DNA of 32,000 bases from Prochlorococcus sp. MIT 0801 (GCF_000757865.1 NZ_CP007754.1:120001-152000); one strand, 5' to 3'. Shown: positions 9,709 to 19,522, counted from the stretch's first letter. Program-made: numbers and translations. The notes: a model not told the origin generated them from the letters alone.

Positions 9709-10496
9709 TTTACCATCTCCTTATCTTTCTTATTTTTGTCGACGAAGTCATACCCAGATTTTTCAAGGTCAATTGCTAGTTCTTTGTTGCCAGTTTTTAT
9801 TATTTTCCCATCAGCCATGATGTGTACAAAGTCAGGAGTTATTTCATCGAGCAGTCTTTGATAATGTGTTATTAAAATCGTTGCCGAACTTGGTTTCGAT
9901 AGTTTATTGATCCCAGATGCCACAATTCTTAGAGCGTCAATATCAAGACCTGAGTCAGTTTCATCGAGTATTGATATCAATGGCTCCAAGAGAGCCATTT
10001 GAAGAATTTCGTTGCGTTTTTTCTCTCCGCCAGAAAAGCCCTCATTGACGCTTCTTCCAAGAAAGGAAGGGTCCATTTCTACTATTTTCATTCTTTCTTT
10101 GACTAGATCTTCGAATTCAAAAGTGTCTAATTCACTTTGAACTAATTCTTTTCTTCTTGAATTTGTGGCAACTCTTAGAAACTCTAAATTACTAACACCA
10201 GGAATTTCTACTGGGTATTGGAAACCAAGGAAAATTCCAATTCTTGCTCTTTCCTCAGGGGCGAGCTCGAGAATATTTGTGCCTTTAAATTGTATTGAAC
10301 CTGATAGAACTTTATAAGATGGATGCCCAGCTATAACTTTTGAAAGTGTACTTTTACCGCTCCCATTTCGACCCATAATTGCGTGTATTTCTCCTTCTTT
10401 TACTAATAGATTGACTCCATGAAGTATCTCTTGATCTTCAACACTCGCATGAAGATCTTTGATAGATAGGATTGTTTCTGAAGTTGATAGAATCAC
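9705..10496 (-). CDS. sufC: Fe-S cluster assembly ATPase SufC
   Basis: It has Walker A 'GRNGSGKST', signature 'FSGGEKKR' and Walker B '[10 protein letters not shown]', followed by 'ITHYQRLL'. Confidence 0.95.
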   Translation of the reverse strand: MILSTSETILSIKDLHASVEDQEILHGVNLLVKEGEIHAIMGRNGSGKSTLSKVIAGHPSYKVLSGSIQFKGTNILELAPEERARIGIFLGFQYPVEIPGVSNLEFLRVATNSRRKELVQSELDTFEFEDLVKERMKIVEMDPSFLGRSVNEGFSGGEKKRNEILQMALLEPLISILDETDSGLDIDALRIVASGINKLSKPSSATILITHYQRLLDEITPDFVHIMADGKIIKTGNKELAIDLEKSGYDFVDKNKKDKEMVN

Positions 10497-10546
10497 TAAA
10501 TTAGAGGGAAATTTGTAAAGGTAAAAAGTATGATTTTAATTTCAAT

Positions 10547-11989
10547 TTATCCAACTGAACCCTCCAATTTTAGCGCTAGTAGTTTATCTGCCTCAGATGC
10601 AAATTCCATAGGTAATTCATTGAAAACATCACTACAAAATCCACTAATTAACATTGAAACAGATTCTTCAAAATCAATACCTCGACTTTGTAAGTAAAAA
10701 AGTTGATCTTCTGAAATTCTACAAGTGCTAGCTTCATGTTCAATATTAGACTGAGGTTGCTTGGATTGAATATATGGGTATGTATTTGCACTGGCTTTGT
10801 CACCGATTAACATAGAATCACATTGACTGTAATTTCGAGCGCCCTCAGCATTCGGGCTGATGGATACAAGACCTCGATAACTATTCTTAGATTGTCCAGC
10901 ACTAATACCTTTGCTCACGATTTTTGACTTTGTATTTTTTCCTATGTGAATCATTTTTGTTCCAGTATCAGCTTTCTGGAAATTGTTTGTTAGTGCAATT
11001 GAATAAAATTCTCCAATTGAACTGTCTCCTTGAAGTACGCAACTTGGATATTTCCACGTAACAGCAGATCCTGTTTCGACTTGAGACCAGCTTATTTTGC
11101 TTCTCTTCCCTCTACATTCACCTCTTTTAGTGACGAAGTTATATATTCCTCCAACACCTTTTTCATTGCCTGCATACCAATTTTGCACAGTTGAATATTT
11201 AATAGATGCATCATCTAGCGTGACGAGCTCAACTACAGCAGCATGTAAGGTATTTGTATCAAACATAGGAGCTGTACAACCCTCTAAATAACTAACAGAG
11301 GCAGATTCTTCTGCGATAATTAAAGTTCTTTCGAATTGGCCAGTATCTCCAGAATTTATTCGAAAATAAGATGATAATTCCATGGGACATTCGACCCCTT
11401 TAGGTACATATACAAATGATCCATCACTAAAAACAGCGGAGTTTAGAGCTGCAAAAAAGTTATCATTTGTAGGAACAACTGTGCCCATATATTTTTTAAT
11501 TAAATCTGGATGTTCAATAATTGCTTCACTAATAGAACAGAATATGACTCCATGCTCAGCAAGTTTTTCCTTGTATGTGGTTGCTATGGAAACACTGTCA
11601 AATACTGCATCTACAGCCACATTAGATAATCTTTTTTGTTCGCTAAGTGGGATGCCAAGCTTTTCAAAAGTTTCAAGTAACTTAGGGTCTACTTCATCTA
11701 AACTCTTCTTCTTAATATCTTGTTTTGGAGCTGCGTAATAAACTAGATCCTGGTAATCTACTTTTGAATAAGTTAGTCCGGACCAATCAGGCTCTTTCAT
11801 CTTTAACCATTGCTCATAAGCTCTTAGACGAAATTTTAATAAAAAATCTGGCTCATTCTTTTTTGCGGAAATCAACCTAATAACATCTTCATTCAACCCT
11901 TTTGGGATCTTTTCTGTTTCTATTTCAGTTGTAAAACCATATTTGTAAGGTTGGGCAACAATTTCTTCGACGGTATTAGTTTGGGTCAT
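10547..11989 (-). CDS. sufB: Fe-S cluster assembly scaffold SufB
   Basis: It is 480 aa with highly conserved SufB blocks ('YKYGF', 'NWYAG...[11 protein letters not shown]', '[21 protein letters not shown]'). It is the first gene of the operon. Confidence 0.95.
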   Translation of the reverse strand: MTQTNTVEEIVAQPYKYGFTTEIETEKIPKGLNEDVIRLISAKKNEPDFLLKFRLRAYEQWLKMKEPDWSGLTYSKVDYQDLVYYAAPKQDIKKKSLDEVDPKLLETFEKLGIPLSEQKRLSNVAVDAVFDSVSIATTYKEKLAEHGVIFCSISEAIIEHPDLIKKYMGTVVPTNDNFFAALNSAVFSDGSFVYVPKGVECPMELSSYFRINSGDTGQFERTLIIAEESASVSYLEGCTAPMFDTNTLHAAVVELVTLDDASIKYSTVQNWYAGNEKGVGGIYNFVTKRGECRGKRSKISWSQVETGSAVTWKYPSCVLQGDSSIGEFYSIALTNNFQKADTGTKMIHIGKNTKSKIVSKGISAGQSKNSYRGLVSISPNAEGARNYSQCDSMLIGDKASANTYPYIQSKQPQSNIEHEASTCRISEDQLFYLQSRGIDFEESVSMLISGFCSDVFNELPMEFASEADKLLALKLEGSVG

Positions 11990-12466
11990 TTTATTTTGAT
12001 TAAATCAAGTCGTAGTAGTTTTTATTTATGAAAAGTTTGGCTTTCAAGTCCCAAGATAATCTTCAATTATGACATTTGGGGCTCATTATTAGATCAGAGT
12101 GTTTTGATAGTTGGATCTAAATAATCATTCTAAGTCAAATCAAGAGGGAAAACCTAGTGTTAAGAAAGTAGTTTTAATCAGATATCACCTTAAGGCAAAA
12201 TGCTTGCAATCGGTTCAAGCTTTAATTGTGCTTAAAAAAATTCTTAATCTTTTTGAAATTCTTAGAAGAGATTTTGAATAAATTCAAATAGATACATAAA
12301 TCCTTATTAATACTATTGTTCTTGCTTATTCATTCCTTTTTTGAACTTGCAATAGTTAATGAATGACTATCTATATCTTGCTTGTAAGTGGAAAAAAATA
12401 AGATAAAATCTATTAAAAGATAAATATTCTTTTAAACTTTTTAGAAAGAGATGCTCCCGCTGCCAG

Positions 12467-12835
12467 ATGATGGAATCTAGCTTTGTCGATAACTCGAAAA
12501 ATAGTCCCTTGAGTAAAGAGGATATAAATTTGATTGGCTTTACTAACCTTTCAGCTACTGAAAAGCATCATTTAAGGATGCTTGCACATTGTTTGCAATG
12601 TTTTAAATCTATGAGTGAGGACAATACAAGAGGATTGATCCCAGCAAAGGAAGAATGGCTTGAATGGTGTTTGAAGAATCCCATCATGATGAAAGATGAC
12701 GAGTTTGTGCAGGTTATGTTCGAGCAATTTTCTGGAGCAGCTAGCCAGCTGGAAAGATTGTCAAATGATTTAAAAGTTGCTCCTTTGGATTTGTCATTGA
12801 GAAATTTAATCGACGCATATGAAGATGAAGTTTGA
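12467..12835 (+). CDS. Hypothetical protein (122 aa) divergent from sufB
   Basis: This clean ORF has no competing frame. It is acidic and contains 'HCLQCF' plus a third Cys ('EWCLKN'). I recognise no HTH and no known family. Confidence 0.5.
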   Translation: MMESSFVDNSKNSPLSKEDINLIGFTNLSATEKHHLRMLAHCLQCFKSMSEDNTRGLIPAKEEWLEWCLKNPIMMKDDEFVQVMFEQFSGAASQLERLSNDLKVAPLDLSLRNLIDAYEDEV

Positions 12836-13107
12836 AATCCTTCTGGTTACTAGATGAGGAGAAATTTATTTTGAGAGGGTGATCCCAAAGAAAAAAGTCA
12901 TAGAAATATTCAAAATTTGGTTTAATTTTTTGGGTTGACTTTGAAATTCGTCGATTAATAATGAACTCCTGATTTTTAGTTATAGCAACGCTTTTTGACT
13001 GTAGATACCACTTGTTGATCTTTTCTTGGGGTCAGTAGATGCTGACCACACCAACGAGAAGAGCAAGTTTTATCACATACTTACCGCACTGATCCCAAAC
13101 AAAAAAT

Positions 13108-13112
13108 GGAGG
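13108..13112 (+). promoter_or_regulatory. Shine-Dalgarno-like GGAGG upstream of ATG 13116
   Basis: GGAGG is followed by 3 nt (ttt) and then the ATG. This supports the internal ATG as the true start of the Rho_N/DUF4912 gene. Confidence 0.5.
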
Positions 13113-13115
13113 TTT

Positions 13116-14207
13116 ATGAGCGTGACTTTTGATCAAGAATCCCTGTCACGTTTAACACTTCGTCAGCTACGTATTAAAGCTAGTGAATTAGGTATTCCCC
13201 TTTATAGTAGAAAATCAAAGGCTGATTTAATTAAGGGTGTTTTGCTCTACGAAGAACAAAAGGAATTAGAAAAACAGGTTCTCAATACTAAAGCCGAACC
13301 ATCTAGCGAAAACACATATACAAGTTATTCAGAGACTAAAGTCGTTTTTCTTCCTCGTGATCCTGATTGGGCATATGTATTTTGGGAGATATCAGATTCT
13401 GATCGTTCCAATGCTCAAAAAGAAGGTGCTATTAGGCTTTGTTTGCGTTTAGTTGATGTCACCAATAAAAATAATGGAGAAGCTAATCCTGGAACTCTTC
13501 AAGAAGTTGTTGTTGATAGTCACAGTACCGAGTGGTACTTACCTATTCCCTTAGGTGGAAGAGATTATAAGGTTGAACTCGGTTATCGAATTGGTCATAA
13601 ATGGATGTCACTTGCGCATTCATCCTCAGCCAAAGTACCCTCACTTCATCCAAGTGAACAAATTCTTGATCAATTTGTTCCTTTTAGCTTGGAAGCCCCA
13701 GTTACCTCCCCTGATCCTGCGATAGATACTATTGCATCAGAACAACCAGACCCAGACAGTGGTTTGCATGAGCGCCTGTATCAATCAGCGACTACAAAAT
13801 TTAGAACTCGAAGAGTTGGTTCAGAAGAATTCCAAGAGGGTGTTCCAAGAGATCTAAATTCAAATAATGAATCTGGTAGTGGTCTTTGGGCTAGTGGCTT
13901 GAGTGAGTCTGGTATTGGAGGTGTTCCTCAAGCACGTTCTTTTTGGTTGGTAGCTGATGCTGAATTAATTGTGTATGGAGCTACTGATCCCTCAGCTAAA
14001 TTGTTTATAGAAGATGAACAGGTCCCGTTAGCAAATGATGGAACTTTTAGATTGCAAGTCCCATTCAGAGATGGTATTCAGAATTATTCAATTAAAGCTA
14101 TAGATAAAGATGGCGTTGATTCAAGAAACATAACAATGAAATTCGAAAGAGTTACTCCAGTGGATAACACAAATCCAAATTCCAAAGCTGAATCAGAATG
14201 GTTTTAA
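13116..14207 (+). CDS. Rho-N (SAP-like) domain protein with a DUF4912-like C-terminal region
   Basis: 'LTLRQLRIKASELGIPLYSRKSKADLIKGVL' matches the Rho termination factor N-terminal helix-hairpin motif. 'VVFLPRDPDWAYVFWEISD' resembles DUF4912 as I recall it. The start is moved from the tracked TTG 13026 to ATG 13116, which has an SD and lies downstream of a hairpin. Confidence 0.7.
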   Translation: MSVTFDQESLSRLTLRQLRIKASELGIPLYSRKSKADLIKGVLLYEEQKELEKQVLNTKAEPSSENTYTSYSETKVVFLPRDPDWAYVFWEISDSDRSNAQKEGAIRLCLRLVDVTNKNNGEANPGTLQEVVVDSHSTEWYLPIPLGGRDYKVELGYRIGHKWMSLAHSSSAKVPSLHPSEQILDQFVPFSLEAPVTSPDPAIDTIASEQPDPDSGLHERLYQSATTKFRTRRVGSEEFQEGVPRDLNSNNESGSGLWASGLSESGIGGVPQARSFWLVADAELIVYGATDPSAKLFIEDEQVPLANDGTFRLQVPFRDGIQNYSIKAIDKDGVDSRNITMKFERVTPVDNTNPNSKAESEWF

Positions 14208-14226
14208 ATCTAAGCCCACTTAATTA

Positions 14227-14397
14227 ATGGTTCGCTTAATTGTTGCTTTTACTCCATTAGTAGGGGCTATTGTTTTTCCTTTATTAATTCCTACTACGAT
14301 TGAGCGTTTTGGTCTTGGTCCTGGCGTTTTAGGTGCGTTGATATTAAGTACTCTTTGGTTTATCGCAATGCTTCGTACTTCTGAAATGCCTCACTAA
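14227..14397 (+). CDS. Small two-TM membrane protein (56 aa, below the ORF-track cutoff)
   Basis: Hand-found ORF: MVRLIVAFTPLVGAIVFPLLIPTTIERFGLGPGVLGALILSTLWFIAMLRTSEMPH. It has two clear hydrophobic helices and starts 19 nt after the preceding gene on the same strand. Confidence 0.5.
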   Translation: MVRLIVAFTPLVGAIVFPLLIPTTIERFGLGPGVLGALILSTLWFIAMLRTSEMPH

Positions 14398-14461
14398 ATT
14401 CAAATAGTTGTCATTTCATTTTCGATTCATTTTTTAGATCATTCATTAATTTATTTTCAAA

Positions 14462-16111
14462 GTGTTTTCTTCAGAATTTAGCCAACTTACAGTCAAGTTA
14501 AACTCGCCTTTTACTGATCAGAAACCAGGTACTTCTGGATTAAGAAAAAGTACTTTGCAGTTTGAAGAGGCACATTACCTTGAGAGTTTTATTGAATCAA
14601 TCTTGTGTTCCCTTCCTGGGGTAAAAGGAGGGGTTTTGGTTGTGGGAGGTGATGGTAGATATGGCAATAAAAGAGCAATTGATATTATTATTCGGATGGC
14701 AGCTGCTCATGGAATTCAAAAAGTCATAACAACTGTAGATGGGATTTTATCGACCCCTGCGGCTTCTAATTTAATTCGAATCAATAAAGCAATAGGTGGA
14801 ATTATTTTATCTGCTAGTCATAACCCAGGTGGACTCGAAGGTGATTTTGGAGTCAAGCTAAATGGCTCAAATGGTGGACCTGCCTCAGAATCTTTAACTG
14901 ATGAAATTTATAATTACTCCAAGAATCTTAAAGAATATAAGATCATAAAATGTCAATCAAATAATTCTTTTTCACTCGGTAAATATAAATTAGCTTCAAT
15001 GATTGTCGAGATCATTGATGGAATAGACGATTACTTAGATTTAATGAAAAAAATATTTGATTTTGATTTGATTAGTTCCTATATCAACAATGATTTTCCG
15101 ATCGTTTTTGATGCATTAAATGCTGTTACAGGTCCATATGCAAAGCGTCTTTTTGTTGATCATTTAGGAGCTACTGCAGAAACAGTAAGAAATGGAAAAC
15201 CTTTGGAAGATTTTGGAGGTCTGCATCCTGATCCAAATTTGACTTATGCAAAAGATCTTGCTGATTTGCTTTTAAAAGGGAATTTATTTTCCTTTGGAGC
15301 AGCATGTGATGGGGATGGAGATAGAAATATGATTTTAGGACGTGGTTGCTTTGTAAATCCTAGTGATAGTCTTGCAATTTTAGCTGCTAATTACGACTGT
15401 GTACCAGGTTATGCCAAAGGTTTATCGGGTGTGGCTCGTTCCATGCCTACGAGCTCAGCTGTAGATGTTGTGGCAAAACATTTGGGGATAAATTGCTTTG
15501 AAACGCCTACTGGCTGGAAATTCTTTGGTAATCTTTTGGACGCTAATCAAATCACTCTGTGTGGAGAGGAGAGCTTTGGGACTGGAAGTGATCATGTAAG
15601 AGAGAAAGATGGATTGTGGGCTGTTCTCTTTTGGTTGCAGATACTTGCGTCAAAGAAAAAGTCTGTTTCTGAGATAATGAAAAATCATTGGCTATTTTTT
15701 GGTCGTCATTACTATTCTCGACATGATTATGAATCTATTCCATCTGAAGTTGCAAATTCTCTTTATTCTAGATTGAGCAATATGCTTCCCGCTTTGATAG
15801 GTGAATCTTTTGCTGGAAGGACGGTTGAAAATGCTGATAATTTTAGCTATACAGATCCAGTTGATGGTTCAATTACGCTTAATCAGGGTTTAAGAATTTT
15901 ATTGGATGATGGTAGTCGAGTGTTAGTGAGACTGTCTGGTACTGGTACTCAAGGAGCTACCTTAAGAGTTTACTTTGAAAGCTTTGTTCCAAGCGATGGT
16001 GATATCACTCAAGATCCTCAGTTAGCTTTGGATCCCTTAATTAAAAGTATTGATGCTCTAGCTGAGATTGCAAAACGAACAGGGATGTCCGCTCCGACAG
16101 TTATTACATAG
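14462..16111 (+). CDS. pgm: Phosphoglucomutase (alpha-D-phosphohexomutase family)
   Basis: It has 'DQKPGTSGLRK', the active-site serine loop 'SASHNPGG', the metal loop 'ACDGDGDRNM' and the sugar loop 'CGEESFG'. The start is GTG. Confidence 0.9.
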   Translation: MFSSEFSQLTVKLNSPFTDQKPGTSGLRKSTLQFEEAHYLESFIESILCSLPGVKGGVLVVGGDGRYGNKRAIDIIIRMAAAHGIQKVITTVDGILSTPAASNLIRINKAIGGIILSASHNPGGLEGDFGVKLNGSNGGPASESLTDEIYNYSKNLKEYKIIKCQSNNSFSLGKYKLASMIVEIIDGIDDYLDLMKKIFDFDLISSYINNDFPIVFDALNAVTGPYAKRLFVDHLGATAETVRNGKPLEDFGGLHPDPNLTYAKDLADLLLKGNLFSFGAACDGDGDRNMILGRGCFVNPSDSLAILAANYDCVPGYAKGLSGVARSMPTSSAVDVVAKHLGINCFETPTGWKFFGNLLDANQITLCGEESFGTGSDHVREKDGLWAVLFWLQILASKKKSVSEIMKNHWLFFGRHYYSRHDYESIPSEVANSLYSRLSNMLPALIGESFAGRTVENADNFSYTDPVDGSITLNQGLRILLDDGSRVLVRLSGTGTQGATLRVYFESFVPSDGDITQDPQLALDPLIKSIDALAEIAKRTGMSAPTVIT

Positions 16112-16198
16112 ATCAAAAACCTTCAATTTGAAATCATCAAAACAACTTTATAAGTTTTTTTTTGCTTTTAGAGTATCAAAAATGTTTGTTTATTAGCT

Positions 16199-18403
16199 TT
16201 GGCCAAAGATCTGTTTGCTTTTAATGGTGAACAGCTAATACAGAAAAATGCTCCTTTAGCTGATCGCTTACGGCCTCAAACACTGGATGAATTTGTTGGT
16301 CAAGATCACATTCTTGCTCAAGGACGTTTATTGAGACGTTCAATTGTTGCTGACAAAGTAGGCAATTTATTGCTTTATGGACCTCCTGGAGTTGGTAAGA
16401 CTACTTTGGCTAGGATTATCGCATTCAATACTTTATCTCACTTTAGTGTTGTAAATGCAGCATTGGCTGGCATCAAGGATTTGAAATCTGAGATAGAGTC
16501 GGCAATCGATAGATTAAATAAATTTGGTAAACGCACAATTTTATTTATTGATGAGGTTCATAGATTTAATACTGCTCAACAAGATGCCTTATTACCTTGG
16601 GTTGAAAATGGAACTTTGACCCTGATTGGGGCTACAACGGAAAATCCATATTTTGAAGTAAATAAAGCTTTGGTAAGTAGATCTAGATTATTTCGTTTAA
16701 ATAGTCTGAATTCAAAAGCATTACATCAATTGCTGCAACGAGCTTTGAATGATAAAGAAAGGGGATATGGGTTGAAATTAATCAATTTAGCTAGTGAAGC
16801 TGAGGATCATTTGGTTGATGTGTGTAATGGCGATGCACGCATTTTGCTTAATGCGCTTGAGCTTGCTGTAGAGAGCACTATTGCAAATCAAGATAGTTCA
16901 ATCAGTATTGATCTCAAGATTGCTGAGGATTCAATTCAAGAACGAGCGGTTTTATACGACAAAAAAGGTGATGCCCATTTTGATACCATCAGCGCTTTTA
17001 TTAAGTCATTAAGAGGTTCGGATCCTGATGCGGCATTGTTTTGGCTTGCTCGAATGTTGGAGGCTGGAGAAAGTCCACGATTCATTTTTAGGCGTATGCT
17101 CATCTCAGCAGGAGAAGATATTGGTCTTGCTGATCCCAATGCAATTGTCGTAGTTGAGTCATGCGCTGCGGCTTTTGATCGAATAGGTTTGCCAGAGGGC
17201 ATTTACCCACTGGCTCAGGCAACTTTGTACTTGGCTGCAACGGAGAAAAGCAATAGTGTGAAGGCTATTTTTAAGGCAGTTCAGAAAGTTAAAGATTCCC
17301 ACAAGCAAAATGTTCCATCTCACCTTAAAGATGCAAATCGAGATCAAGAAGCTTTTGGAGATGGCATTGGTTATAGGTATCCCCATGCATTTTCAAAAAA
17401 TTGGGTTCCACAGCAATATTTGCCAGATACTTTGCTAAACGAGATTTTTTGGGAGCCAACTGAAAATGGATGGGAAGGAAAAAGACGATCTCTTTTGAAT
17501 GAGAGAAGATCTGAACAGTTGGCTTCATTAATTGAAGTTGAGCAACAAAATCCTTTAACTATTACATCTGGCAAAGCTGATAATGATTTGGAAAAATGGT
17601 TATCTCGTCAAGTTTTGAAAGAGGAGAAACGATTAAAAAATTTGATTTCTAAATTATGGTTAGGTATTTCTTGGAAAAAAAATCATAGAGTTTTAGTTTT
17701 AGCACCTAGTTCTTTGCTTTGGTCATTAAAGCCTTTAAGAGAGACATCTGAAGGGGGCGTTGTTTTGGCTGTATCAGAAGATAATCATCCAAGGCTATTA
17801 GCTGAAATGGAAACTTTAGCGCCTATGGAGAGACCAACCTTAATTGATTCAAAAGTTGAATCAATTAGAAAATTAGAAGACAATCTCAAGTTTGAGGTAA
17901 TTGGAGGAAGGATTCCTTGGAGAGTTTTTTCTGAAACAAATTTCTTTGAATTGTGGCCGATTCTTACTGAAAAATGTGTGGTGAATACAGAATTAAGTTT
18001 GATTATAAGTAACCCATGTTCTGGCCCTGCTTTTTCTTTAAAGGAAAGCTTAGAGTTGTATAGTAATAAGAAAAATCCTGATTTTTCATTATTGAGTGAT
18101 TTGATTTGTAAAGAAGAGAAGTGGTTAAATAAGCAAGAATATAAAAAGAAATTTATTCTACAATTAGAAAAATTAGGCTGGAATATTTCTTCTGAAGAAT
18201 GGACTGAGTTTGTATATCAAAAAGTTGATGCTAGTATAATTAAAAGGTGGCTTAATAAAGGAAGTGAGTATCGAAAAATTATTCTAAAAAATTGTGAGGA
18301 AGAAACATTAATTAGATTGCAAGAGTTATTTCAAAGATTGGATGGCCAGATTATAAAACAAAAGCTTATTCACACTAAATTTCTTGCTAAGAATAATAAT
18401 TAA
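16199..18403 (+). CDS. rarA: Replication-associated recombination protein RarA/MgsA (AAA+) fused to a ~290-aa C-terminal domain of unknown function
   Basis: The N-terminal region has '[17 protein letters not shown]', Walker A 'GPPGVGKTT', Walker B '[10 protein letters not shown]', 'GATTENP' and the MgsA C-terminal helical region '[13 protein letters not shown]'. The sequence continues ~290 aa beyond the usual RarA end. The start is TTG. Confidence 0.85.
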   Translation: MAKDLFAFNGEQLIQKNAPLADRLRPQTLDEFVGQDHILAQGRLLRRSIVADKVGNLLLYGPPGVGKTTLARIIAFNTLSHFSVVNAALAGIKDLKSEIESAIDRLNKFGKRTILFIDEVHRFNTAQQDALLPWVENGTLTLIGATTENPYFEVNKALVSRSRLFRLNSLNSKALHQLLQRALNDKERGYGLKLINLASEAEDHLVDVCNGDARILLNALELAVESTIANQDSSISIDLKIAEDSIQERAVLYDKKGDAHFDTISAFIKSLRGSDPDAALFWLARMLEAGESPRFIFRRMLISAGEDIGLADPNAIVVVESCAAAFDRIGLPEGIYPLAQATLYLAATEKSNSVKAIFKAVQKVKDSHKQNVPSHLKDANRDQEAFGDGIGYRYPHAFSKNWVPQQYLPDTLLNEIFWEPTENGWEGKRRSLLNERRSEQLASLIEVEQQNPLTITSGKADNDLEKWLSRQVLKEEKRLKNLISKLWLGISWKKNHRVLVLAPSSLLWSLKPLRETSEGGVVLAVSEDNHPRLLAEMETLAPMERPTLIDSKVESIRKLEDNLKFEVIGGRIPWRVFSETNFFELWPILTEKCVVNTELSLIISNPCSGPAFSLKESLELYSNKKNPDFSLLSDLICKEEKWLNKQEYKKKFILQLEKLGWNISSEEWTEFVYQKVDASIIKRWLNKGSEYRKIILKNCEEETLIRLQELFQRLDGQIIKQKLIHTKFLAKNNN

Positions 18404-19056
18404 TCTAGGCAAATTATTGGCTTATATATTGTTGAATCTTCATCTAATGCAATTGCATACGTCCATTGATCATAATTTTGTTGGTAAATTTTTACTTTGT
18501 GACCAAGTTTTTTATGATGTGCAAATGATGATTTATTCTTCCAAATCCATTGATTGATATTATTTGCTATTTTTCCTCTCTGCCATTTAACTGCGGCTTC
18601 TATTATTACCCATCTTTTTAGTACTAGTTCTTTTGCTTGTCTTGGAGATAAATTTTCTATTTCGCAATTCTCATATTGAGTGAAAAAACGTTTTGACAAT
18701 TTATAAGCTTGAAACTCTCTATCCTTTCTTTCAATATCAACCCCAATTTTTCCTGAGGACCATCCTATTAATAAGGCATCAGCACAGTGACTCATGCTGA
18801 TATGACCCCATCCTGCAGCCAATAAAGGCGGTTCTCCAGGATCGGCTTTGAGAGGTATATCTAAAGGGTCTAAGCCTGTAAGGTTGGACATTACATGTCT
18901 TAGGCAGCCTCTAGAAAAGTGATAAAGCAAACCTCTTCTTGGTGTTAACTTTTGAACCCATTCTTTTTCTTCGCTGCTTATTGGTAAAAGTTTTGATGGC
19001 ATCAAAAAAAGCCAAAGACCTAGTACTCTTTTATTGTTTCTTTGAGTTGTAATCAT
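18400..19056 (-). CDS. 4'-phosphopantetheinyl transferase (Sfp type)
   Basis: It has 'ISMSHCADALLIGWSSGKIGVDIE' (the Mg-binding Asp/Glu motif) and 'RWVIIEAAVKW' (the W/F-x-x-KE-A/S-x-x-K motif). The start is uncertain: M at 19092, 19056 or 19002. I chose 19056. Confidence 0.7.
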   Translation of the reverse strand: MITTQRNNKRVLGLWLFLMPSKLLPISSEEKEWVQKLTPRRGLLYHFSRGCLRHVMSNLTGLDPLDIPLKADPGEPPLLAAGWGHISMSHCADALLIGWSSGKIGVDIERKDREFQAYKLSKRFFTQYENCEIENLSPRQAKELVLKRWVIIEAAVKWQRGKIANNINQWIWKNKSSFAHHKKLGHKVKIYQQNYDQWTYAIALDEDSTIYKPIICLD

Positions 19057-19522
19057 GACTCTCTGTATAGGTGATTCTGCACCAGATTTCACTCTTCCTA
19101 ATCAAGATGGTGTTGATATCAGTCTCTCATCATTCAAAGGTTCGAGAGTAGTAATTTATTTTTATCCAAAGGATGATACTCCTGGTTGCACTAAAGAAGC
19201 TTGCAGCTTTAGAGATAATTGGGAGCTTTTCAAATCAAACAATATTCAGGTTTTAGGAATTAGTAAGGATGCCTCAAAATCGCATATAAAATTCATTGAT
19301 AAACATAAATTACCTTTTACACTTTTAACCGATAGTGACCCATGTCCTGTTGCGACATTATACGAAAGTTATGGCTTGAAGAAATTTATGGGTAGAGAGT
19401 ATTATGGAATGATAAGACATACTTTTGTTATAGATAAAAATGGGAAAATAGAATTAATCTATTTAAAAGTAAAATCAGCAAATATGGCTAATCAAATTTT
19501 AAATGATCTTAAATTGAATTAA
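19055..19522 (+). CDS. bcp: Peroxiredoxin Bcp (thiol peroxidase, PrxQ type)
   Basis: It has 'IGDSAPDFTLPNQDG' and the peroxidatic motif 'FYPKDDTPGCTKEAC'. Confidence 0.9.
   Translation: MTLCIGDSAPDFTLPNQDGVDISLSSFKGSRVVIYFYPKDDTPGCTKEACSFRDNWELFKSNNIQVLGISKDASKSHIKFIDKHKLPFTLLTDSDPCPVATLYESYGLKKFMGREYYGMIRHTFVIDKNGKIELIYLKVKSANMANQILNDLKLN

Noticed and set aside
8928-9820. Plus-strand ORFs of 96 aa and 87 aa opposite sufD and sufC
   Set aside because: These are antisense shadows within the suf operon.
11382-11738. A 118-aa plus-strand ORF inside sufB, with a similar 64-aa ORF at 11097-11291
   Set aside because: These are antisense shadow ORFs within a highly conserved gene. Their composition is typical of a reverse-frame artefact.
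13026-13115. The TTG-initiated 30-codon N-terminal extension of the Rho_N/DUF4912 ORF
   Set aside because: The internal ATG at 13116 has a GGAGG SD. The extension also contains a stem-loop and the repeated 17-mer, so it is more likely 5' UTR.
16936-17574. Four overlapping minus-strand ORFs (67-88 aa) inside rarA
   Set aside because: They are mutually overlapping, lie in different frames, and sit opposite conserved AAA+ and MgsA domains. Chance open frames are the likely explanation.
19057-19092. The upstream Met (MKSGAESPIQRV...) as the PPTase start
   Set aside because: It would overlap bcp coding sequence by 38 nt on the opposite strand. The family N-terminus aligns adequately from the Met at 19056. 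This remains unresolved rather than excluded.
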